A stretch of 55,112 nt of DNA, taken from contig CAIZIQ010000282.1 in the NCBI GenBank assembly GCA_903933015.1, positions 1 to 55,112 on the forward strand. Reading direction: 5' to 3'. How positions within the stretch are numbered: position 1 is the first letter of the stretch; each line of letters begins with the position of its first letter. Origin of the DNA: an uncultured Spartobacteria bacterium. Its GTDB lineage: Bacteria > Verrucomicrobiota > Verrucomicrobiia > Chthoniobacterales > UBA6821. The position numbers and the translations under genes were made by a program. Below are positions 37,841 through 45,716 of this stretch, in pieces. A model generated the notes under the pieces. It was not told the DNA's origin. It searched no databases and worked only from the letters and a program-made list of their open reading frames with translations.

Positions 37841-39229
37841 TTAGATATGGATGGCGTGGCCGAGGGCGGCCTCGGTCGCCTCGAACATCGCTTCGCTGAG
37901 CGTGGGGTGGGCGTGGATCGTGGAGGCGATGTCGTCGTAGGTCGCCTCGAGTGTGATGGCCAGCCCCATCTCGGCGATCATCTCGGTGGCGTCGGCGCCG
38001 ATAATGTGAGCGCCGACGAGTTCACCGTGCGGCTCGTTGAAGAGGAGCTTTACGAAGCCTTCGGTCTCGCCGACTGCGAGAGCCTTGCCGCTGGCCTGGA
38101 AGGGGAACTTGCCGATCTTGACCTTGAGACCCTTTTCCTTGGCGGCGCGCTCGGTAAGACCCACACTCGCGACTTGAGGCTGACAGTAGGTGCAACCGGG
38201 GAAGGTGCGCTTGCGGGCGGGGTTGCGCTTGCCGAACATACCCTCGACGGCCTGGACGGCCTCCCAGCTGGCAACGTGGGCGAGCCATGGGGGCCCGATG
38301 ATATCTCCAGCGGCATAGACACCCGGGATGCTGGTCTCGTAGCGGTCGTTCACGGCAAGATAGCCGCGGTCGTCGAGCTTGAAGGGAGCCGCTCCACCCG
38401 GGAGAAGTGGCGAGACGCCGATCGCAACGAGTGCAACATCGGCCGTGAGGGTTTCATTGGCACCGCCCGAGACGGTGATCTGCACGCCTTCCTTGGTGGC
38501 CGTGGCTTTCTCTACCTTGGTGCCGGTGAGGATGCGGATGCCCTGTTTGACGAGAGACTTCTCGAGCGCGGCGGAGACCTCGGTGTCCTCAACGGGGAGG
38601 ATGTTCGGCATCATCTCGACCACGGTGACTTTGGTTCCGAAGGCATTGAAGAAGTAGGCGAATTCGATGCCGATTGCTCCAGCGCCGATGACGATGAGTT
38701 CCTTCGGCTGCTTGGCCAGGGCCAGTGCGTGACGGCTACCTATGACGCTGGTGCCGTTGAACGGAAAACCCGGCATCTCGCGGGTGACGACTCCGGTCGC
38801 AATCAGAACTTTGGCGGCGGAGAGTGTCTGTTCCTTGCCGTCGGCTCCCTTGACCTCGACGGTACCGGCCTTGGGAACGCTAGCATCTCCCTTGATGTAA
38901 TCGACTTTGTTTTTCTTGAATAGGAACTCGATGCCACCCGCAAGCTTGTCGGCAACCTTGCGGGAGCGGCCGATGACTTTGTCCCAATCGTACTTCAGCC
39001 CGGAAACCTCGAGACCGAAGTCTGCGGCATGATGCCCGATGAGGGAGTAGAGCTCGGCATTTTTGAGGAGAGCCTTGGTCGGGATGCAGCCCCAGTTCAG
39101 ACAGGTGCCGCCTGCACGCTCCTTCTCGACGACGGCAACGCGCTTGCCGAGTTGCGCGGCGCGGATCGCGCCGACATAGCCGGCGGGGCCGCCGCCGATG
39201 ACGATGAGGTCGTAGGGTGTCGTGGACAT
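37841..39229 (-). CDS. lpdA: Dihydrolipoyl dehydrogenase (E3)
   Basis: It has YDLIVIGGGPAGY, the redox-active GGTCLNWGCIPTK, a second dinucleotide fold VIGAGAIGIEFA, and C-terminal HAHPTLSE. The ATG at 39229 is preferred over the ORF start at 39268. Confidence 0.93.
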   Translation of the reverse strand: MSTTPYDLIVIGGGPAGYVGAIRAAQLGKRVAVVEKERAGGTCLNWGCIPTKALLKNAELYSLIGHHAADFGLEVSGLKYDWDKVIGRSRKVADKLAGGIEFLFKKNKVDYIKGDASVPKAGTVEVKGADGKEQTLSAAKVLIATGVVTREMPGFPFNGTSVIGSRHALALAKQPKELIVIGAGAIGIEFAYFFNAFGTKVTVVEMMPNILPVEDTEVSAALEKSLVKQGIRILTGTKVEKATATKEGVQITVSGGANETLTADVALVAIGVSPLLPGGAAPFKLDDRGYLAVNDRYETSIPGVYAAGDIIGPPWLAHVASWEAVQAVEGMFGKRNPARKRTFPGCTYCQPQVASVGLTERAAKEKGLKVKIGKFPFQASGKALAVGETEGFVKLLFNEPHGELVGAHIIGADATEMIAEMGLAITLEATYDDIASTIHAHPTLSEAMFEATEAALGHAIHI

Positions 39230-39343
39230 AAGTGCAGAGAGATTCTGTGCAGGTGGCTCGCGCGTCAAAAAGATTCTCGTCCCAGATTTTTGTACCTGAA
39301 TTTTCCGGGAAGACTTTTCTCACTCCTCGGATATCTTGACGAC

Positions 39344-39679
39344 ATGGAAATCACTCTTTCCTTGGTCGGAGATATCCCGATTTTTCATTTGCTCGGCAGG
39401 CTGGACGCTTCATCAGCGCCAGCTCTGGAAGAACGCATCAATCTCTTTCTTGCGGAAGGAGGGCAGAAGCTGGTCTTTGATTGCCAGGCGCTTGATTATA
39501 TCAGCAGTGCGGGGTTGAGGGTTTTTATCACCACGCTGCGCACCATGAAATCTCGGGGGGGTCTCATGGCCGTGGCTTCCCTTCAGAAGCCTGTGCGTGA
39601 AATTTTTCACCTCGCGGGTCTTGAGGAGCTTTTTATTTTGGGGAACTCGAAGGAGGAAGCCGCTTCGTTGCTGGGTTAG
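39344..39679 (+). CDS. STAS-domain protein (anti-sigma-factor antagonist family)
   Basis: This is the internal ATG of ORF 39029..39679, giving 111 aa. LDASSAPALEE...LVFDCQALDYISSAGLRVFI...IFHLAGLEELF is the SpoIIAA-like pattern, including the phosphorylatable Ser context DYISSAGL. Confidence 0.8.
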   Translation: MEITLSLVGDIPIFHLLGRLDASSAPALEERINLFLAEGGQKLVFDCQALDYISSAGLRVFITTLRTMKSRGGLMAVASLQKPVREIFHLAGLEELFILGNSKEEAASLLG

Positions 39680-39712
39680 AAAGGCGCGGTTTTTTTCGCA
39701 GATTGGCGCTTT

Positions 39713-41590
39713 TTATCCGCGACTTTTTGCTTCGACTTCTTTTTTCCGGATCCAGACAGAAAGAACCGAGATATCAGCAGGAGTGATACCGCTGATACGG
39801 GATGCCTGTCCCAGGGTTCCAGGGGAAAAATCACGGAGCTTTTGACGAGCTTCCAGTCTCATGCTTGGGATGGAGTCGTAGTCGAGTCCATCCGGGATAT
39901 GGGACTCCTCTTGAGCGCGCTGGCGTTCGATCTGTTCCTTTTCCCGTCGCAGATATCCCTCGTATTTGAGGTCTGTCTCGGCCAAAGACCAGATTTCAGG
40001 GGTAAACCGCTCCCTCAAATCCACCGGAAGATGCTCGGGGAGATTCTCTGGGCGTTTGAGCCATTGATCCAAGGAGATGCCATCATGTTGAATGAAAGGG
40101 GCTTGCTTATGAAGATCGCTCAGGGCATTCCTCTTTTCACGGAACGCTGCCGCTCGTGTAGAGCAAGCCGTACCTATATCTAAAGCCTTTTCTGTCAACC
40201 TGATATCACAATTATCTTGGCGGAGGCGTAGTCTGTATTCTGCCCTGCTGGTGAACATGCGGTACGGTTCCTGTGTGCCTCGGGTAATAAGATCATCAAT
40301 CATCACCCCGATATACGCCTCGTCACGTCCGAGGATAAAGGCCTCCTTACCAGCCACCTTTCTTGCCGCATTGATGCCAGCCATGAGCCCTTGAGCGGCG
40401 GCCTCCTCGTATCCGGAGGTTCCGTTGATTTGTCCTGCAAAATAGAGCCCAGAGATTTTTTTTGTCTCAAGCGTTGAGTGCAGTTGGTGGGGAGGACAGT
40501 AGTCGTACTCCACGGCGTATCCTGGACGCAGGATTTCTGCATACTCCAGAGATGGGATGGAGCGAATAAACGCATACTGAACATCGTAGGGGAGACTGGT
40601 GGAAACACCATTTACATAAATTTCCCCAGTATGGCGCCCCTCTGGTTCTAGAAAAATCTGGTGTCGTGGTTTTTCGGAAAACTTCACGACTTTATCCTCA
40701 ATGGAGGGGCAATACCTTGGTCCAACCCCCTCAATTGCTCCTGCGAAAAGCGGTGACTGGTGAAGGTTGGTCCGAATGATTTCGTGGGTCTTTTCGGTGG
40801 TATAAGTGATCCAGCAGGGGATTTGTTCCACATGGAACATTCCCTGCTGGAAATAATTCAGGGTGTGAAGATCATCTTTATTCCTCTCAATGCTATGAGA
40901 TATGTGCGAAAAGAGGGGTGTGGGTGTGTCGCCATCTTGGCGTTCACATTTTCTAAAGTCTATTGACTTTGCTAGCAGGCGACATGGCGTACCGGTTTTG
41001 AATCGACCTACCTCAAAGCCCAGTTCCTTGAGATTGTCACTTAACGTGGAGATGGTATCCCCCATCCTACCTCCAGCTTGGGATTTCATTCCAACATGGA
41101 GCAAACCCCTCATGAACGTACCGGTCGTGATCACCACACTTCGAGCAAGAAAGCGGAGACCTATGTTGGTCTCAACTCCCACCACCTGATCACCTTTCAC
41201 TATCAGGTTGGTGATGTTGGCCTGTTTTAAGGAAAGATTGGTAAGGTTTTCCAAAATGGCCTTCATCCGAAATTGATATGCCTTTTTGTCACACTGTGCT
41301 CGAGGTGCTCGAACACTCGGCCCTTTGGATGCGTTGAGCATCCGAAATTGAATTCCTGTGGCATCAGTATTGAGACCCATAAGACCCCCAAGCGCATCAA
41401 TCTCCCGGACCATATGACCCTTGGCCAATCCCCCGATGGCTGGGTTACATGACATTTGGGCTATGGTATCTGCATTCTGTGTTAAAAGGAGGGTCTTTGC
41501 ACCGATATTGGCTGCAGCGTGCGCTGCTTCCACACCGGCATGACCTGCTCCAATAACCAAAACATCAAAGTGATCAGGATAGGTAAACAT
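39713..41590 (-). CDS. mnmG: tRNA uridine 5-carboxymethylaminomethyl modification enzyme MnmG (GidA)
   Basis: The start [23 protein letters not shown] at 41590 matches the canonical MnmG N-terminus; the ORF itself begins at 41608. Diagnostic motifs include [22 protein letters not shown] and [15 protein letters not shown]. Confidence 0.95.
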   Translation of the reverse strand: MFTYPDHFDVLVIGAGHAGVEAAHAAANIGAKTLLLTQNADTIAQMSCNPAIGGLAKGHMVREIDALGGLMGLNTDATGIQFRMLNASKGPSVRAPRAQCDKKAYQFRMKAILENLTNLSLKQANITNLIVKGDQVVGVETNIGLRFLARSVVITTGTFMRGLLHVGMKSQAGGRMGDTISTLSDNLKELGFEVGRFKTGTPCRLLAKSIDFRKCERQDGDTPTPLFSHISHSIERNKDDLHTLNYFQQGMFHVEQIPCWITYTTEKTHEIIRTNLHQSPLFAGAIEGVGPRYCPSIEDKVVKFSEKPRHQIFLEPEGRHTGEIYVNGVSTSLPYDVQYAFIRSIPSLEYAEILRPGYAVEYDYCPPHQLHSTLETKKISGLYFAGQINGTSGYEEAAAQGLMAGINAARKVAGKEAFILGRDEAYIGVMIDDLITRGTQEPYRMFTSRAEYRLRLRQDNCDIRLTEKALDIGTACSTRAAAFREKRNALSDLHKQAPFIQHDGISLDQWLKRPENLPEHLPVDLRERFTPEIWSLAETDLKYEGYLRREKEQIERQRAQEESHIPDGLDYDSIPSMRLEARQKLRDFSPGTLGQASRISGITPADISVLSVWIRKKEVEAKSRG

Positions 41591-41608
41591 GGATTTGCTG
41601 TTCCACAT

Positions 41609-41997
41609 GGAACATATTTATAAGATTCTTATAATTAGATATTTGTTTGTTTTTATAAAAATTCTTTTTATGAGAATGAACTTGTGAATTCCTTGTGAAC
41701 CGGTGTGGTGCGTTGCGCCCTTTATGTTTCACGGAACACTCTTCACTACGTTCGAACACACGCATGTTCCAGAAATTCACACTCTTTTATTTAATGTATC
41801 TTTCTTTCTATCAATTGTTTAATACATAGTTTTTTTGATGGTTCACAGTGTTAAGATTAAGATCTTCTTGTTCCAAAAATGAAATTCATCAACCAGACAT
41901 GTGAATAATCATTTACCCAAGTACGGATTTTTCCTCACTGGACGTGAACGGAAGAAAACTTTCAGCCGCATCACCTATAAGATACACTGAGTGCTTC
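41609..41997. other. AT-rich, repeat-dense intergenic region (candidate replication origin or complex promoter/regulatory region)
   Basis: The stretch 41616-41680 is about 85% AT by eye. TGTGAA/TTCACA occurs 5 times (41683, 41694, 41776, 41842, 41900). TGTTCCA occurs 3 times (41599, 41765, 41869) with a palindrome at 41599-41614. One match to the relaxed DnaA box TTWTNCACA (TTATTCACA, minus strand) sits at 41900-41908. Confidence 0.35.
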
Positions 41998-42948
41998 ATG
42001 GGGATAGCATCGTTACAAAGAGATCGGCCAGGAACAAGAAACCGATTTTTTTGGTTTTTTCTAAGTGCACTCGCCTGCTCGATATTTATCCATTTTCTCT
42101 TCATTCAAAAGGCGGAGCATTGGAAGGTCTCAGGCTTTTCTGCAGCCAGCTACGATACCATCGTCCCCAGAACTTTCCGGATGAAACGGGTGGAGATTGA
42201 TCCGAAGACATTGGAAGAGTCGGAGAAACCAAAAAATCAGACGACCCCTGCGCCGGTTTTTCTAAAAAAGGAAATTCCAACAGTGGATCATTCCGAGACA
42301 ACCACCGAGGCAAACAAAAATATTCTGTCTCAACCCAAGGAAATTCTCGCAGAAAAAATTACCTTGGAAAAAGGACAGGATGCACCCGTCCTTTCGGGAC
42401 TCGATTGGAAAGGCGGAGAGAATCCAGCGTCGGCAGGTCTAGAAAAAGCGCTGTCGCCTGCACCCATCATCCTCTCGGAGCCACCGATAAAAACCGATTC
42501 TTCAGTCGGTCAAGGGGGCACCTTGTCAGGCTCAGCAAGCCATTATAGCAACCTGGATGAATTGATGGAGGGTCAGGGAAACATTACTTCGAACACAGCT
42601 CCAATCCTGATGCCCACCGATCTGCTTTTTGAATACGATGCCGATCAACTCAAGCCCGCGGCAACAGAGTCGCTGGCCAAGCTCGGAAAACTGATCATGA
42701 AAAACGCCCAGGCCACCTTTCGTATCGAGGGTTACACGGATTCCTTTGGAGGCGATGAATACAATCTTGGTCTGAGCCTGAGAAGAGCAGAGGCCGTGAA
42801 GTCCTGGCTACAGAAAAACATGGGAATCGACACTGGCAGGATCACCACGGCCGGGCTTGGAAAAAGTCATCTCCTTGTTCCCTCAACAGGTACCGTGGAA
42901 CAGCAGCAGCTCAACCGACGCGTTGAGATTGTGATCTCGACCCGTTAG
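41998..42948 (+). CDS. OmpA-family protein (N-terminal TM anchor, C-terminal OmpA/MotB peptidoglycan-binding domain)
   Basis: The ORF starts at GTG 41944; ATG 41998 is also possible. The TM segment is FFWFFLSALACSIFIHFLF. The C-terminal domain reads FEYDADQL...FRIEGYTDSFGGDEYNLGLSLRRAEAVKSWL...NRRVEIV. Confidence 0.85.
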   Translation: MGIASLQRDRPGTRNRFFWFFLSALACSIFIHFLFIQKAEHWKVSGFSAASYDTIVPRTFRMKRVEIDPKTLEESEKPKNQTTPAPVFLKKEIPTVDHSETTTEANKNILSQPKEILAEKITLEKGQDAPVLSGLDWKGGENPASAGLEKALSPAPIILSEPPIKTDSSVGQGGTLSGSASHYSNLDELMEGQGNITSNTAPILMPTDLLFEYDADQLKPAATESLAKLGKLIMKNAQATFRIEGYTDSFGGDEYNLGLSLRRAEAVKSWLQKNMGIDTGRITTAGLGKSHLLVPSTGTVEQQQLNRRVEIVISTR

Positions 42949-42962
42949 AAACAAGGTCATTT

Positions 42963-45716
42963 ATGGAAGGGATCGTTCCAATTTCAGAGCACCGCGCTCG
43001 CATCCAGCAGGAAGTCGCCAAGAATCTGGCGGCCGTGCTGGAAGAAGAGAAGGTTCTTCCCATCCAGAAATTACAGACCTTTCGCAAACGTGAGGAACAC
43101 CGACTGAAACTCTGGCATCGTGCCGGGGGAGGAGGCCAGGAGATCGCGGGGTTAAGAACGGATCTGGTCGACATTTTATTGAGGGAAATTTTTCGTTTTG
43201 CCACAAGTAGGGAAACGGGAAAGCGAGAGATCGCGGATTTCATGGTAAGCGCCTTCGGAGGCTACGGAAGACGTGAGATGAACCCCTTCAGTGACGTTGA
43301 CATCACGTTTTTTCACCGAGGTGAAAAACCGACCGAGGAGATGGAAAAAATCATCTCCACAACGCTCATGGCGCTCTGGGATCTCGGGTTCAAGGTCGGA
43401 CACGCCACCAGGTCGATCAAGGGAGCCATCACCCAGGCCAATGGAGACATGATGACCAAGACAGCGATGCTGGAAAGCCGCTGGCTGGCTGGAGATAAAA
43501 AACTCTTCGAAAAATTCCGTGCGGAATTTGAGGATTCGTGTGTCCGGGGAAAGGAAAAAGATTACATAGCCTTCCGGATCGAAAATCTCAAAGAACTCCG
43601 AAACAAATACGGGGCGACTGTTTTCATGCAGGAACCGAACATCAAGTCGGGCTGCGGAGGGCTCCGTGACTACCAGAACCTCCTCTGGACCGGCATGTTT
43701 CACTCCGGGGCCTACAGCATGAAGCGTCTGGTGGAGGAAAAAATTCTCCGAGATAGGGAACGCCGTGCCTTGGAGAAAGCTCATGACTTCCTGCTACGGG
43801 TACGCACGGAGATGCACTACCAGACTGGCCGTGCCTCGGAACAACTGACCCTTCAATTGCAGGGAAAGGTTGCGACAGCCCTTTCCTATCCCGAAAAAAA
43901 CATACTCCTCCGCTGCGAGGCATTCATGCGCGACTACTACCGGGAGACTCGCGAAACCCACCTGATCACTTCGCTGGCGCTGGGGCGTATCAGGGACCAG
44001 CAGGGGATGAAAACAAATCTCCTGACGAAGCTTCTCGGTCGAAAGGAAGAGACGATCGACGATTTGGTGATTCGGGGAGAGGAATTGTATCCGAAAAGCC
44101 GGGACATCTTCAACAAGGACCCCGTCAGGATGATGAGGGCATTCCAGCTTGCCCAGACACGGAGGCTGAAATTTTCAGCGGAGCTGGAGGATCTTGTGAA
44201 AAGACGCCTGCGGCTGGTGGACCGCCCTTTCCAATATAACAAGGAGAACAGGACGGTATTTCTCTCCATTCTTTCACGGAAGGGTGAGGTCAGCAGGATA
44301 CTCCGGATGATGCACGACCTGGGATTTCTTGGGAAATACCTTCCCGAGTTCGCGCCCCTGACATGCCTTGTCCAGCATGAGTTTTTCCACCGGTACACCG
44401 CCGACGAGCACACCCTGCTTTGCACTGAAAAAATCGATGCCCTGCTCTTCGCCACCGAACCCCGCCTCAAGCGATACGCAGAAATCTTCCGCCACTTCGA
44501 GGATGCCCCCGTCCTCTATCTCGCCATGCTGCTGCACGACACCGGAAAGGCTGCAAACACCCGGCATCATGAGGAAGCGAGCGCCATGGCTGCGCAGAAG
44601 GTAGCGCGCCGCCTCCAACTCGCTCCGCAGAGGCTCAAGATGCTCATCAAGCTCGTGAATGCGCACGGCGAGATGAGCGGGATCGCGAGGACGAGGAATG
44701 TGGAGGACCCCGCCACCGTGGAAGAGTTTGCGGGGATCATCCGTGACCCGGTAACGCTGGACGCGCTGATGGTGATTACGCTGGCCGACGGCATGGGAAC
44801 CAGCGACGAGGGATGGAGCGACTGGAAGGAACTCATGGTCTGGCGTCTTTACCACGAGACGCGGAGCCTTCTGTGCGACAGCACTGGTTTTCACGAGGAA
44901 CGCAGGCACCGCAGCGAGGAGTTGCGCCATCAGGTGCAAGAGATTCTCCCTGCCTCGTTCGGCGAGGAAATCGAGGGACATTTCGAGGGCATGCCCGACC
45001 GCTATCTCCAATCCAAGGATGCCAAGGAAATCAGCGGACACATACGCCTTTTCCGGCGTTTCTTCGAGGAGTCACTCCGGAACGATGGCCCCAATCTGCT
45101 GCCGATGATCGAATGGGTCGACCACCCCGAGGCAGGCTACGCCGAGGTGCTGGTCTGCGGATGGGATAGAGAGAGGCTCTTGGAGCGCATCTCCGCGGCC
45201 TTTCTAGGAGCAGGAATCAATGTCCTCGGAGCCGATATCTATACGAGAACCGACAAGCTGGCCCTCGATATTTTCAAAGTCACCAATCACCGGAGCGATC
45301 CGCTACCCAAGGACAGAGACCGGAAGCAGTTTGAGCAAAAACTCGGGGAACTCCTGATGGCACCCGGGAGCAGACTGGTGCCGGAACCCAAAAAACAGCC
45401 CGTCCGGATGCATCGCACGATGGACGACGAGGAACAGCCGGTCTGGGTGGTCGTCAACAACAACGCCCACCCAACCTGCACGATCCTTGAAGTCCAGGCT
45501 CCTGACAGGTTGGGATTACTCTACCATCTTCTGCGGGCTATTTCTCACGGCGGCATCTCCATCGATGCGGCCCGCATCGCAACTGAACAGAAGGCCGCGC
45601 TGGATGTCTTTTACATCAGGACCAAAGAGGGAACGAAAATCTCGGAGCGTAATGCCCTGCTCCGTCTTGAGCGACGGCTAAGGGCAGCAGCAGCCCAGGC
45701 CGGAGCTGCCAAATGA
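42963..45716 (+). CDS. glnD: [Protein-PII] uridylyltransferase / uridylyl-removing enzyme
   Basis: A 917-aa ORF. It has a nucleotidyltransferase domain (GGYGRREMNPFSDVDI), an HD domain (HRYTADEHTL...LLHDTGK) and two C-terminal ACT-like domains. Confidence 0.9.
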   Translation: MEGIVPISEHRARIQQEVAKNLAAVLEEEKVLPIQKLQTFRKREEHRLKLWHRAGGGGQEIAGLRTDLVDILLREIFRFATSRETGKREIADFMVSAFGGYGRREMNPFSDVDITFFHRGEKPTEEMEKIISTTLMALWDLGFKVGHATRSIKGAITQANGDMMTKTAMLESRWLAGDKKLFEKFRAEFEDSCVRGKEKDYIAFRIENLKELRNKYGATVFMQEPNIKSGCGGLRDYQNLLWTGMFHSGAYSMKRLVEEKILRDRERRALEKAHDFLLRVRTEMHYQTGRASEQLTLQLQGKVATALSYPEKNILLRCEAFMRDYYRETRETHLITSLALGRIRDQQGMKTNLLTKLLGRKEETIDDLVIRGEELYPKSRDIFNKDPVRMMRAFQLAQTRRLKFSAELEDLVKRRLRLVDRPFQYNKENRTVFLSILSRKGEVSRILRMMHDLGFLGKYLPEFAPLTCLVQHEFFHRYTADEHTLLCTEKIDALLFATEPRLKRYAEIFRHFEDAPVLYLAMLLHDTGKAANTRHHEEASAMAAQKVARRLQLAPQRLKMLIKLVNAHGEMSGIARTRNVEDPATVEEFAGIIRDPVTLDALMVITLADGMGTSDEGWSDWKELMVWRLYHETRSLLCDSTGFHEERRHRSEELRHQVQEILPASFGEEIEGHFEGMPDRYLQSKDAKEISGHIRLFRRFFEESLRNDGPNLLPMIEWVDHPEAGYAEVLVCGWDRERLLERISAAFLGAGINVLGADIYTRTDKLALDIFKVTNHRSDPLPKDRDRKQFEQKLGELLMAPGSRLVPEPKKQPVRMHRTMDDEEQPVWVVVNNNAHPTCTILEVQAPDRLGLLYHLLRAISHGGISIDAARIATEQKAALDVFYIRTKEGTKISERNALLRLERRLRAAAAQAGAAK

